Source of the DNA: Bdellovibrionota bacterium
GTDB taxonomy: Bacteria; Bdellovibrionota_C; UBA2361; JBGSMV01
Length of the DNA stretch: 20,483 bases
NCBI GenBank assembly: GCA_044356455.1
Contig: JBIKWF010000079.1
Location: 1-20,483 of the forward strand
Direction of reading: 5' to 3'
Shown: positions 1-8,828 of the stretch, in pieces
How the letters are laid out: every line of letters starts with the position of its first letter
How positions within the stretch are numbered: position 1 is the first letter of the stretch
Translations under genes and position numbers: made by a program
Notes under the pieces: generated by a model
Told to the model about the DNA's origin: nothing
The model's input: the letters and a program-made list of their open reading frames with translations, nothing else
The model's database searches: none

Positions 1-25
1 GACCAAAATCTCGATTCTATCTCCC

Positions 26-53
26 CTCCGCGGTCTCCGTGTCTCCGCGCTAA
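26..53. repeat. Single arm of 8-9-bp-periodic dispersed repeat (CTCCGCGGT CTCCGTGT CTCCGCGCT)
   Basis: Three tandem CTCCGYG units resembling the CTYYGYG-type arms at 1437-1467, 3118-3145 and 17930-17957. A partner arm may lie outside the window. Confidence 0.5.
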
Positions 54-215
54 TCCCTTCTTAACCCCATCTACGGAGCTTCCTCGAACATTCTAGTAGG
101 AAGAGAACATATTAGTGTCCCGGATTCTGGAGACACTCAAGATAACGCTACCCTGCACAGGGGACTTAGCCCAGTCGCGAGATTCCCATTTAAATTCAGA
201 TGCTTAGATTCAAAT

Positions 216-241
216 TCCGGTGGTATTGCAATACCACCGGA
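216..241. repeat. Perfect 26-bp palindrome TCCGGTGGTATTGCAATACCACCGGA
   Basis: Self-complementary base by base around 228/229. Degenerate echoes GGGTATTAAAGCAACGGA (~254-271) and GGGTATTGAATACCACGGA (~285-303) follow. Confidence 0.85.
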
Positions 242-305
242 CTAGCCATCCACGGGTATTAAAGCAACGGACAGAGCATTCAGAGGGTATTGAATACCAC
301 GGAGG

Positions 306-342
306 AAAAACTGAAGGCCGCCGAGATTCGGCCTACTTCCAG
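306..342 (-). terminator. Possible intrinsic terminator downstream of the lipoprotein gene
   Basis: Minus strand reads AGGCCG-8 nt loop-CGGCCT-TCAG-TTTTT, shortly after the stop codon at 355. Confidence 0.4.
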
Positions 343-354
343 TGCCTGCAAAAA

Positions 355-1527
355 TTAGTGCGCCGCATCAAAAGACTTCACCCTAAGCTCAGGCTGAAGC
401 CTAAAGCCATCGGCAAAAGTGCCTACCTCACCGCTCTTTTCGACTGCGCTCCACGCGGCATCGTACACCGAACGCGGCACGACAAGACGAAGAGTCCTCT
501 TCGCTCCTGGCGATAGTGTGAGCGGCCTCATCTGAATACGGGCTTCATTTTGCTGAAAGCCTTGCCCTACTCCAGAGCTCAATTTCTCTGGGTTTAAAGA
601 AGCACTCGCCTGCTTTAGTTCCTTCATAGGCACAAGTGTGAGTCCCACTTCGGCCCCCGTAACAACTACCGCGCCCGTATTCGCAACCTCGGCTGTCACC
701 TTAATATCGTTGAGGCAAGCTTCAAGAATTCTCCCCTCTGCTCGCCCGCACGCTGGCTCAAGAAACTTCACGGCTTCAAAAACTAATGGCCCATTATTTT
801 CGCCGTTCTCAGTCGTCGCGGAGGCCAAAGAACCTCCCGAAAAACGGCTCGCCCCATTACTTGCCTTCTGAACGGATGAGCGCTGCGGCAAAACCGAAGC
901 CAGCACTTGCTTCGCCTCTTCTCCCCAAAGCAATTCAAGTCCGTAACTACTAAGGTCAGTTACCGAGAGCGCAAGATACGCATGCACCACATCCCCGGGC
1001 TCAAGTGCTTCACGCTCAGGGGAGAAATCTCCCACCGCAGACTCCTTGAGGGAGCGCACAAGTTCTCGCACTTTGGTCCCAGCCCCAAAGCCTGTCAGTC
1101 GCAGCGCCACTTCACTTACGGGAATCTTGGCGCGCGCAGTAAGTCTCACGGCAGCATGCAGCACACGTCCGTCATTCACGAGTTCCTCGAGCTCGACGGC
1201 GAGCGGCAGCGCTAACTGGCCGTCGCCACCTTCAGGGTGAGCTTCGCCACTCAGCTCTATGGGCTGCGTAGCAATCGACGGGGGGGTCTGAGGTTCGATT
1301 TCAGGGCCGGAACTGGCAGAGCAGCCAGCAAGGAGGAGAACTCCCAGGGGTAGCGTAGCGAAGAATTGCACCAAAAAAGGCGCCCCAAAAGCTACAGTCT
1401 TTAACGCGATGGACACGAAGGTATTGAATTCTCTTCCCTTCGTGTCCATCGCGTCCTTCGTGTTAAAACTTTTACTTTCGAAACGCCCGTGCCTCGTCGG
1501 GAATATCAAATCTAGATATTTACACAT
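355..1527 (-). CDS. Hypothetical lipoprotein with probable beta-sandwich domains (start uncertain: 1527, 1449, 1374 or 1371)
   Basis: 390-aa ORF. Hydrophobic stretch ending in lipobox LLLAG-C, then a Ser/Pro/Glu linker and beta-strand-like segments (VTAEVANTGAVVVTGAEVGLTL; LTLSPGAKRTLRLVV). The N-terminal extension overlaps a palindromic repeat. Confidence 0.7.
   Translation of the reverse strand: MCKYLDLIFPTRHGRFESKSFNTKDAMDTKGREFNTFVSIALKTVAFGAPFLVQFFATLPLGVLLLAGCSASSGPEIEPQTPPSIATQPIELSGEAHPEGGDGQLALPLAVELEELVNDGRVLHAAVRLTARAKIPVSEVALRLTGFGAGTKVRELVRSLKESAVGDFSPEREALEPGDVVHAYLALSVTDLSSYGLELLWGEEAKQVLASVLPQRSSVQKASNGASRFSGGSLASATTENGENNGPLVFEAVKFLEPACGRAEGRILEACLNDIKVTAEVANTGAVVVTGAEVGLTLVPMKELKQASASLNPEKLSSGVGQGFQQNEARIQMRPLTLSPGAKRTLRLVVPRSVYDAAWSAVEKSGEVGTFADGFRLQPELRVKSFDAAH
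1400..1467. repeat. 9-bp-periodic palindromic element with 18-bp perfect inverted repeat
   Basis: ACGCGATGGACACGAAGG (1404-1421) pairs with CCTTCGTGTCCATCGCGT (1437-1454). An extra unit CCTTCGTGTTAAA follows. Confidence 0.85.
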
Positions 1528-1547
1528 ACGCGCCTACGAGGCAGGAA

Positions 1548-1976
1548 TTATCCCACTTGCCGCGAGGTCAATTTCCAGCCAGTCCCAAGAGAAAATTTCC
1601 ATTCGAGCTTCTCTTTGCGCTCTTGCACGACATAATACGGGATCCGGTAATACTTCACCTTCACTGCAACTGAGGCCTTATAGGAATCTTCGTCATAGGT
1701 GACTGCGGTTACCTTACTCTCAACCACCCGCTCAGTTTCTGATTTCTCGTTCAATTGTTCCTGAATCTCTTTGCGAGCTGAATCATCAACAAGGGCCATT
1801 ACTGGCTCTGCGTTTCCCCACGACAGCGCTTCGGTGAAACGCTTTAAATCGCGCGGGAGGAGTGCTTCGCGATCAGACTGGGTAGCTCCAGCACTCTTAA
1901 AAGATTCGATGAAAGGGGCAAGGAAGCATCCACTGAGAAAAAAGAGTACTGAGAAACAAAGCACCACTACACGCAT
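1548..1976 (-). CDS. Hypothetical lipoprotein (alpha+beta, possibly NTF2-like)
   Basis: 142 aa. Textbook lipoprotein signal MRVVVLCFSVLFFLSG-C. Helical N-half, beta-strand C-half ending EWKF..GWKL. Confidence 0.8.
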   Translation of the reverse strand: MRVVVLCFSVLFFLSGCFLAPFIESFKSAGATQSDREALLPRDLKRFTEALSWGNAEPVMALVDDSARKEIQEQLNEKSETERVVESKVTAVTYDEDSYKASVAVKVKYYRIPYYVVQERKEKLEWKFSLGTGWKLTSRQVG

Positions 1977-2039
1977 AAGCCACCATTACTATAGACAACT
2001 ACGAGCCGGGATTGAACGAGGTATATAAAGTGACCTTGG

Positions 2040-2369
2040 TTATTTGATGAGCGAATTGAGCAGGCCGTCCAATTCTGAACGGTCATCCCCACTAAGCGCA
2101 TCTTTGCTCGAGGTCGGCCGTTCTTTGCGCCCCTCCTCTGCTGCCTGGGCGCGCTCTTCAACCGATCGCTGGACGCGCTCCGGAGCCATACGGGCTTTTA
2201 CGTCTGGGCCTGAAAACTCTTGGACCATACGCTGCTCTTTCCGCACCATGCTTCTGGAAGAGCCCTTGACCCGGTGCGTGCGATAAAGCTCATCTGCCCC
2301 AATCGCGACAATCCCTGATGCAAAAAGAATTATGGTTGCCGACCGAAGCAAATCCTGACCACTAGGCAT
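2040..2369 (-). CDS. Small N-terminally membrane-anchored hypothetical protein
   Basis: ORF track gives 2040..2390. ATG at 2369 is preceded by a GGAGGG SD. One hydrophobic segment (ATIILFASGIVAIGA), then a charged tail ending DDRSELDGLLNSLIK. Confidence 0.65.
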   Translation of the reverse strand: MPSGQDLLRSATIILFASGIVAIGADELYRTHRVKGSSRSMVRKEQRMVQEFSGPDVKARMAPERVQRSVEERAQAAEEGRKERPTSSKDALSGDDRSELDGLLNSLIK

Positions 2370-2455
2370 ACGGCACCCTCCGACGGACAATACAAGTTAC
2401 CTGGTCCTACCCTAGCGAAGGCAGAGGGAGTGCGCAATTTAGGGATTATTCGAAG

Positions 2456-2488
2456 ACCACCACTAAGACCACAGAGAGCACTAAGAGG
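2456..2488. repeat. Single arm of 9-bp-periodic dispersed repeat
   Basis: ACCAC-CACTAAGAC-CACAGAGAG-CACTAAGAG, intergenic. Confidence 0.6.
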
Positions 2489-2540
2489 TGGGTAATAAAG
2501 GGCTAAAACCAGGGGAACTAAGCACCGCTACCGAATGCCC

Positions 2541-2996
2541 TTACCTAATGCCTTGCCCTATCGTGGCACGCATCCAGTTTACTATATCCTGAATAGGGGT
2601 CCCCGGAAGGAAGATCTCGGCCACCCCCATTTCTTTAAGCTTAACTACATCTCCTTTAGGAATAATTCCGCCGCCAAAAAGTAGAATATCCGAGGCGTCA
2701 TTTTTCTTCAGCAGATCTAAGACATCGGGGAAAAGCGTCATGTGGGCCCCCGAGAGGATACTCATGCCTATGCACTGCACATCCTCCTGCAAGGCGCTTC
2801 TTACTATCATTTCAGGCGTCTGATGGAGTCCAGAATAGATAACCTCCATACCTGCGTCCCTAAGCGCTCGCGCCACGACCTTGGCTCCCCGGTCATGGCC
2901 ATCGAGCCCTGGTTTAGCTATAAGCACGCGGATAGGAGCACCCGAGGATGAGGCGGTCGCTGCCTTTGATTGATTTGAAACTACTGCATCCGACAT
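2541..2996 (-). CDS. icmB: Cobalamin-binding small subunit of acyl-CoA mutase (probable isobutyryl-CoA mutase subunit B)
   Basis: [12 protein letters not shown] (DxHxxG base-off/His-on motif), SILSGAH and GGGIIP motifs. Stand-alone 151-aa B12-binding domain downstream of the large subunit. Confidence 0.85.
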   Translation of the reverse strand: MSDAVVSNQSKAATASSSGAPIRVLIAKPGLDGHDRGAKVVARALRDAGMEVIYSGLHQTPEMIVRSALQEDVQCIGMSILSGAHMTLFPDVLDLLKKNDASDILLFGGGIIPKGDVVKLKEMGVAEIFLPGTPIQDIVNWMRATIGQGIR

Positions 2997-3048
2997 ACCC
3001 GCACCCTACTCCCACAAGGACAAAAACGGAGGAACCTATTCCTATTTG

Positions 3049-3145
3049 AACCACAAAGACCACGAAGGAGGATTTTTGCAGGTTTTCCTAAGGAAACCTC
3101 TGGAAAACTTTGCTCTCCCTTCGCGTTCTCGGCGTCCTTCGCGTT
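3049..3145. repeat. 9-bp-periodic palindromic element between the mutase subunit genes
   Basis: Left arm AACCACAAAGACCACGAAGG (3049-3068). Right arm CCTTCGCGTTCTCGGCGTCCTTCGCGTT (3118-3145). Confidence 0.7.
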
Positions 3146-3222
3146 ACTCCAAAATGCTTCGCTTGTCCGCAATGTTTGGGCCTCGCACAAAGAGCGCCAC
3201 GGAGGACTTTTTCAGAGGTTCC

Positions 3223-4911
3223 CTAAATAAGCCCTGGATCCGTATAAATCCCGAATACCTCTCTATAAATATCAGAGATCTCCCCTAACGTCACCCCAAC
3301 CTCAACACCATCGATGAGCGCAGGCATCACGTTATTACGGGCCTTGCAGTCATCTTTAATGCGCTGAATTGCAGCGGCATGTTTGGCCTGGTCGCGCTTT
3401 TGCTTGAAAGCCTTGACCCGTTCAATTTGCTGGCGCTCGCTTGCAATATCAATGTGCAAGGTCGGGATCTCCTGCTCATGCTCATCCGTGTAGCAGTTAA
3501 CACCCACAATACTCTGGGCCTTGGCATCAACTTCGAGCTGGAACTGATAGGAGGCTTCCGCAATCTCCTTTTGGGGATAGCCTGCTTCTACAGCACGCAG
3601 CATCCCTCCCATTTCGTCGATACGCCGAATGTAGGTGAGCGCCTCGGCCTCAATCTCATTCGTAAGCTTCTCTACGTAGTAGGAACCACCGAGAGGATCC
3701 ACCGTATTGGTTACCCCGCTTTCCTCCGCAATTATTTGCTGGGTCCGGAGCGCAACCTTTGCCGCCTGCTCCGTCGGGAGGGACAGGGTTTCATCCATAG
3801 AATTAGTATGGAGCGACTGCACGCCGCCTAGCACGGCCGCGAGCGCTTGCAGAGCGACGCGCGCCACGTTGTTCATGGGCTGCTGGGCTGTGAGACTTAC
3901 CCCTGCTGTCTGGGCATGCGTGCGGAGCATCATTGATTTTTCAGACTTCGCGCCGAATCTATCGCGCATCATCACTGCCCAGATGCGTCTTGCCGCTCGA
4001 AACTTGGCAATTTCTTCAAAGAAATCGTTATGGACATCAAAGAAAAACGAAAGCCTTGGCGCAAAGAGATCGATGGGCAAGCCGCGTTTCACGCAGTGCT
4101 CCACATACGCCAGCCCATCGGCGAGCGTAAACGCGAGCTCCTGCACCGCAGTCGCACCCGCTTCGCGAATGTGGTAACCGCTTATGCTAATGCCGTTAAA
4201 CTTTGGTGCATGCTGCGCGCAATACTCAATGATATCGCACGAAAGTTTGACCGATGGCTCAGGAGGACAAATCCACTCCTTCTGGGCAATAAACTCCTTG
4301 AGCATGTCGTTCTGTATAGTGCCGCCAAGCTGATCAAAAGCGATACCCCGGCGCCGTGCGAGCGCAAAGTACATAGCCATCGCCGCCGTAGAGGTACAAT
4401 TGATGGTCATCGAAACAGTGACTTGATCAAGGGCGATTCCTTCAAAAAGCCGCTCCATGTCCTCAATAGTGGAGACGCTCACGCCTTCACGACCGACTTC
4501 TCCTTTTGATTTTGCATGGTCAGGGTCGTAGCCCATGAGGCTTGGCATATCAAAGGCAGTCGACAATCCTGTTTGGCCATGCGCCAAAAGGTACTTGAAG
4601 CGCCGATTAGTATCTTCAGCGAGACCAAATCCGGCGAATTGCCGCATGGTCCACAATTTTCCGCGGTACATCGTAGGCTGCACGCCGCGGGTAAACGGAA
4701 ATTCCCCTGGGTACCCAAGCTTTTCGCGATATTCAAAATCTTCAAGGTGCTCAGGCGTGACAAGCCCGGGCTGAGTCCGGAAACTTATCGACTGAAACTT
4801 TCCCTTGCGCTCTTTTTGAGGAGCAAGGCGTTTTACGCGCCATTCCTCATACGAGGCCGAAGTCAGAGGGCCTGACTTTGTTCCTGACTTATTCGCCTGT
4901 GAGTTATTCAC
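3223..4911 (-). CDS. icmA: Acyl-CoA mutase large (substrate-binding) subunit, isobutyryl-CoA mutase type
   Basis: Mutase family motifs [46 protein letters not shown]. Specificity motifs WTMRQFAGF and [12 protein letters not shown] at 4911 overlaps the upstream stop (GTGAATAA); the ORF track extends to 4950. Confidence 0.85.
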   Translation of the reverse strand: MNNSQANKSGTKSGPLTSASYEEWRVKRLAPQKERKGKFQSISFRTQPGLVTPEHLEDFEYREKLGYPGEFPFTRGVQPTMYRGKLWTMRQFAGFGLAEDTNRRFKYLLAHGQTGLSTAFDMPSLMGYDPDHAKSKGEVGREGVSVSTIEDMERLFEGIALDQVTVSMTINCTSTAAMAMYFALARRRGIAFDQLGGTIQNDMLKEFIAQKEWICPPEPSVKLSCDIIEYCAQHAPKFNGISISGYHIREAGATAVQELAFTLADGLAYVEHCVKRGLPIDLFAPRLSFFFDVHNDFFEEIAKFRAARRIWAVMMRDRFGAKSEKSMMLRTHAQTAGVSLTAQQPMNNVARVALQALAAVLGGVQSLHTNSMDETLSLPTEQAAKVALRTQQIIAEESGVTNTVDPLGGSYYVEKLTNEIEAEALTYIRRIDEMGGMLRAVEAGYPQKEIAEASYQFQLEVDAKAQSIVGVNCYTDEHEQEIPTLHIDIASERQQIERVKAFKQKRDQAKHAAAIQRIKDDCKARNNVMPALIDGVEVGVTLGEISDIYREVFGIYTDPGLI

Positions 4912-6064
4912 TGACGAGCTTGGAGCTGATGACGATTCTTTGGATTTCACTGGTACCCTCGTAAATCTGAGTTATTTTTGCATCACGCAAATGCCTCTCG
5001 GCAGGAAAATCTTTTACGTAGCCGTAGCCCCCGTGAATCTGAACTCCGAGGTCTGCAACTTCCATAGCAACCTGGGAGGAGAAAAGCTTAGCCATGGCAG
5101 CCTGCCTTGAGTATTCATGCTTTTGATCTTTGGCATGCGCCGCCGAAAGCGTGAGATAGCGGGCCGCGTCAATCTTGGTGACCATGTCAGCAAGATAGTT
5201 GGCGATGGACTGATGCTCGTGCAGTAATTTACCAAAAGCCTTGCGTTGTTTTGAGTAAAGCAGCGCATCACGGAGCGCAGCTCTTGCAATACCTACTGCT
5301 TGAGCCGCGACGCCCGTGCGTCCGCCATTAAGGGTATGCATGGCAACCTGAAAACCACGCCCCTCTTCACCAAGGCGGTGCTCCGCACTAAGCCGGACCC
5401 CATCATAAGAAATGCTGCACGTGGGCGAACCGCAAATGCCTAGTTTATCTTCCTTCTTGCCGCGGCTAATACCTTTAAGATTCATCGGGTGCACAAACGC
5501 ACACACGCCTTTATGGCCCTTTGATGAATCCATTTGAGCGAAGAGAACGCAGACGTCGGCCACCGGCCCGTTTGTAATCCAGTTTTTGGTGCCGTTGATT
5601 ACGTAATCAGCACCGTCCCGCTTGGCGTAGCAGGTCATCGCTGCGGCATCACTTCCCGTACCGGGCTCAGAAAGCGCAAAGCACCCAAGCTGAGTTCCTT
5701 GGGCAAGAGGCCTAACGTACTGCTCCTTTTGCGCGGCTGTTCCGAAATCAAGTATCGGCATAAGGCAGAGGGAGTGATGTGCGCTCACCACGATTGAAGT
5801 TGATGCGCACGCGGCCGCCAGCTCTTCTATAATTAGACAATACGCGACCTGAGAGAGTCCCGACCCGCCAAGTTCAGGGGGAACGGTGGCTCCCATGAAG
5901 CCCAAACGGCCCATTTGAGGAATGAGCTCTTGAGGAAAGTAATGCTCCTGGTCAATTTTTGCAGCAAGTGGAAGCACTTCCTTCTCGGCAAAATCGCGAG
6001 CCGCTTGCTGCACCATCTTGACCTCCTCTCCGAGGTCAAAAAGAAATCCGTCTTGCCAACTCAT
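4904..6064 (-). CDS. Acyl-CoA dehydrogenase (short-chain/butyryl-CoA type)
   Basis: [36 protein letters not shown], and [10 protein letters not shown] with the catalytic Glu at the SCAD/MCAD position. Confidence 0.95.
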   Translation of the reverse strand: MSWQDGFLFDLGEEVKMVQQAARDFAEKEVLPLAAKIDQEHYFPQELIPQMGRLGFMGATVPPELGGSGLSQVAYCLIIEELAAACASTSIVVSAHHSLCLMPILDFGTAAQKEQYVRPLAQGTQLGCFALSEPGTGSDAAAMTCYAKRDGADYVINGTKNWITNGPVADVCVLFAQMDSSKGHKGVCAFVHPMNLKGISRGKKEDKLGICGSPTCSISYDGVRLSAEHRLGEEGRGFQVAMHTLNGGRTGVAAQAVGIARAALRDALLYSKQRKAFGKLLHEHQSIANYLADMVTKIDAARYLTLSAAHAKDQKHEYSRQAAMAKLFSSQVAMEVADLGVQIHGGYGYVKDFPAERHLRDAKITQIYEGTSEIQRIVISSKLVSE

Positions 6065-6107
6065 GTACGTCTCACCACCTATAAATGCCTATCTGAGCAA
6101 GGAGAAG

Positions 6108-6902
6108 TTATAGCCCTCGAAACGCCGCTTCGCGCTTCTTAAGGAATGCCTCCATACCCTCTTCTCGATCTGCCGAAGCAAACAGCCGCAAGAACTCCTC
6201 AACTTCAAGCCTCAAGCCCGAAAGAAGGACTGCTTCTTGCGAAGCTCTCAAAATTTTCTTTGCGCCGCGCACGGCAAGAGGCCCCTTCTTTGCGATAACG
6301 CCGCAAAGTTCACGGGCCTTTGAAAGTAAATCAGCAGGTGCGTGCACATAGTCAACTATCCCAAGCCTGAGCGCCTCCTCGGCTGATATGAGCTCACCCG
6401 TGATGACGAGCCTACGCGCAGTACCGAGGCCCGCGCGCTGGATGAGTCTCTGGGTTCCCCCAAACCCTGGGATAATTCCTAGATTTACCTCAGGCTGGCC
6501 CACCTTCGCAGAACTCGAGGCCACAATGAGGTCGCACGAAAGCGCAAGCTCAAGCCCGCCGCCTAGTGCGAAGCCATTCACGGCCGCAATCACCGGAACG
6601 GGAAGAAGCTCAAGGGCCCGCATGGCACGCTGGCCAAGCTCAACATAATCAGCAATAGCTCGGGGCCCGAGTTGAGACATACTCGCGATGTCAGCCCCGG
6701 CAACAAATGCCTTCTCCCCCTCCCCGGTGATGATGACGCTCTTAACTTCGGGAAGCTTAGAAATCTTCTCAGCGGTGAGGATAATAGAAGTAAGCACGTC
6801 TGCATTCAGCGCATTCAAACTTTGTGGGCGATTGATAGTAACCTCTGCCCAAGAAGCCTTAACCTCAAGTTTAACTACGGACTCTTCCATTATTGGTGTC
6901 AT
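6108..6902 (-). CDS. Enoyl-CoA hydratase (crotonase family)
   Basis: INRPQSLNALN, FVAGADI, AVNGFALGGGLEL and GQPEVNLGIIPGFGGTQRL; both catalytic glutamates are present. Confidence 0.95.
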   Translation of the reverse strand: MTPIMEESVVKLEVKASWAEVTINRPQSLNALNADVLTSIILTAEKISKLPEVKSVIITGEGEKAFVAGADIASMSQLGPRAIADYVELGQRAMRALELLPVPVIAAVNGFALGGGLELALSCDLIVASSSAKVGQPEVNLGIIPGFGGTQRLIQRAGLGTARRLVITGELISAEEALRLGIVDYVHAPADLLSKARELCGVIAKKGPLAVRGAKKILRASQEAVLLSGLRLEVEEFLRLFASADREEGMEAFLKKREAAFRGL

Positions 6903-7036
6903 GGCTCTTTTACTTTCCCTTCCCAGTTATTTGGTGACCTACCTTCCGTGCGCCCGCGGTCTTTCGTAGCGCCCTCTCACTGCCCCCTCTCACTGGCGCT
7001 CCGGCCATCGAGGCCAGAGCCTATAAAAATTACGCG

Positions 7037-7384
7037 CTAACCTGGGGGCCAGGAAAGCGGCCGCCCTCCAAGAAGATGCATATGCAGATGGAACACGGTC
7101 TGCCCAGCAGACGCTCCCGTATTAATCACAAGCCGAAATCCCTCCTGGGAGATGCCCATAGAGCGCGCTATATCTGCGGCGGCAAGCACAAGCTCCCCGA
7201 GCAACGCAGCATCCTCTGGTTTTGCTTCAAGGACATCCTTCAGAGGTTTTTTCGGAATAATAACAATATGACTCGGGGCCTGAGGGCTAATGTCTTTAAA
7301 GGCAAGCACCCGCTCCGACTCGAATACAATCTGTGCCGGAATCTCTCGCCTGATTATTTTTGAAAAAACAGTTTCTTGTCCCAT
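7037..7384 (-). CDS. hinT: Histidine triad nucleotide-binding protein
   Basis: TVFSKIIRREIPA, AFKDISPQAPSH, GQTVFHLHMHLLGGR (HxHxH triad), C-terminal WPPG. ATG at 7384 gives the typical family length. Confidence 0.93.
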   Translation of the reverse strand: MGQETVFSKIIRREIPAQIVFESERVLAFKDISPQAPSHIVIIPKKPLKDVLEAKPEDAALLGELVLAAADIARSMGISQEGFRLVINTGASAGQTVFHLHMHLLGGRPLSWPPG

Positions 7385-7465
7385 AGCGCAATTGGCTGGG
7401 AGTATCCCGAATGAACGCTTAAACTTCAAGCGTTTAAGCTGCTGATTCGGCTGTGACTTTTCAGC

Positions 7466-7521
7466 CCGCGTGGCCTTTGTAGTCTTTGTGGTTTATAAAC
7501 TAGCCGCCAAGACCACAACGA
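7466..7521. repeat. 9-bp-periodic palindromic element, arms in reversed order
   Basis: CCGCGTGGC-CTTTGTAGT-CTTTGTGGTT, then AGCCGCCAAGACCACAACG, in the divergent hinT/adh intergenic region. Confidence 0.6.
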
Positions 7522-7599
7522 GGGGGGGACTCACTGGGATCGGCAGCACGTCCCTAAATACCCCACCAAAGAAGCCAAATAACATCAAAGGATTCTCAA

Positions 7600-8643
7600 A
7601 TGTTACCAGCCAAAGGCTACGCCGCCCTCACCGAGAAAGCCCCCCTCACTCCTTTTGCCTTCGAGCGCCGCTCACCTGGCCCCAAGGACGTACTCGTCGA
7701 CATCAAGTTCTGCGGAATCTGCCACTCTGATATCCATCAGGCCCGGGCAGAATGGGGTCCAGCTCTGTTTCCCATGGTGCCAGGTCATGAACTTGTAGGA
7801 ACGGTCTCACAGGTTGGGGCCGAAGTGACCAAGTTTAAAGTCGGCGACGCTGTTGGCGCGGGGTGCTTCGTTGACTCTTGCCGTACCTGTCCAAGCTGCA
7901 AAGAGGGCCTCGAGCAATATTGCGACGGTCTGGTTTCTTTCACCTATAACGGAACTGAGCAGGACGGGAAAACACCTACCTATGGGGGGTACTCTAACCG
8001 AATTACGGTGGATCAAAATTACCTCGTAAAGATCCCATCGAACCTCGACCTCGCCGCATCTGCTCCCCTGCTTTGTGCGGGAATAACGACCTACTCGCCC
8101 CTTAAGACGTGGGGCATCACCAAAGGTCAGCGCGTAGCGATTCTTGGCCTGGGTGGCCTCGGACACATGGGAGTAAAGTTTGCAGCTGCCTTTGGCGCAG
8201 AGGTAACCGTATTAAGCTCATCCCCCGCTAAAGAGAAGGACGCCAAGCGCTTGGGCGCGCATCACTTTGAACTTTTTTCGAACGAAGCAACAAGAAAGAG
8301 ACTTACCAAGAACTTTGACTTCATACTCGACACCGTAGCGGCGCCTCACGACATCAATGCGGCCCTTGGGATGCTTAAGCGTGACGGCACGCTCTGTTTA
8401 GTTGGCGTTCCTCCCGAAGCAATCCCAGTGGCTGCGTTCTCGCTCATCCCCGGAAGAAAACGTCTCGTGGGATCAATGATAGGCGGCATCCGCGAAACCC
8501 AGGAGATGCTGGATTACTGCGGAAAACATTCTATCGTTTCTGATATTGAGATCGTGGCGATGAAAGACGTGAATACGGCCTATGAGCGTACGATAAAGAG
8601 CGATGTGCGGTATCGGTTTGTGCTTGACCTTGCGACGCTCTAG
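7600..8643 (+). CDS. Zn-dependent NAD(P)H alcohol dehydrogenase / aldehyde reductase (cinnamyl-alcohol dehydrogenase-like, YahK/AdhA type)
   Basis: CGICHSD, VPGHE, structural-Zn cysteines C-RT-C-PS-C-x7-C, APLLCAGITTYSPL, GLGGLG, C-terminal DVRYRFVLD. Confidence 0.95.
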   Translation: MLPAKGYAALTEKAPLTPFAFERRSPGPKDVLVDIKFCGICHSDIHQARAEWGPALFPMVPGHELVGTVSQVGAEVTKFKVGDAVGAGCFVDSCRTCPSCKEGLEQYCDGLVSFTYNGTEQDGKTPTYGGYSNRITVDQNYLVKIPSNLDLAASAPLLCAGITTYSPLKTWGITKGQRVAILGLGGLGHMGVKFAAAFGAEVTVLSSSPAKEKDAKRLGAHHFELFSNEATRKRLTKNFDFILDTVAAPHDINAALGMLKRDGTLCLVGVPPEAIPVAAFSLIPGRKRLVGSMIGGIRETQEMLDYCGKHSIVSDIEIVAMKDVNTAYERTIKSDVRYRFVLDLATL

Positions 8644-8751
8644 GAGTCTGTCCCGTAGAAAAACTCTACCACTACATGTTGTGGTGGCAACGGGACAGCC
8701 CGCCTACGGATTGTGTCCAAAATGAAGATTATGTTTCTACGGGACACACTC
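8644..8751. mobile_element. MITE (non-autonomous, 108 bp) with 18-bp terminal inverted repeats and CTAG flanks
   Basis: Left end GAGTCTGTCCCGTAGAAA; right end TTTCTACGGGACACACTC (one mismatch). CTAG on both sides (8640-8643, 8752-8755). No coding capacity. Confidence 0.75.
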
Positions 8752-8828
8752 CTAGCTCACTGCGCGTATTTGAGCACCTTACAGATTGGGGCTCGCTAAC
8801 GTCCGTGGATGCCCCGGGGCATTTGATT

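Noticed and set aside
112..140. Imperfect hairpin AGTGTC..GACACT
   Set aside because: Short stem with mismatches; no supportable function.
220..516. 98-aa plus-strand ORF
   Set aside because: It begins inside the palindrome, overlaps the lipoprotein gene antisense and has no recognisable features.
2981..3288. Small ORFs between the mutase subunit genes
   Set aside because: They are translations of the periodic palindromic element and overlap real genes.
3223..4950. Methylmalonyl-CoA mutase assignment
   Set aside because: The specificity positions are Phe/Gln, not Tyr/Arg, and no epimerase is adjacent.
6941..6996. Weak periodic-repeat arm and CCCTCTCACTG direct duplication
   Set aside because: Too degenerate or too short to distinguish from chance or local slippage.
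6903..7036. Cobalamin riboswitch upstream of the acyl-CoA cluster (ACTGGGAAGG on the minus strand)
   Set aside because: Only a short motif matches, and the region is too short and lacks the other conserved elements. An Rfam scan would settle it.
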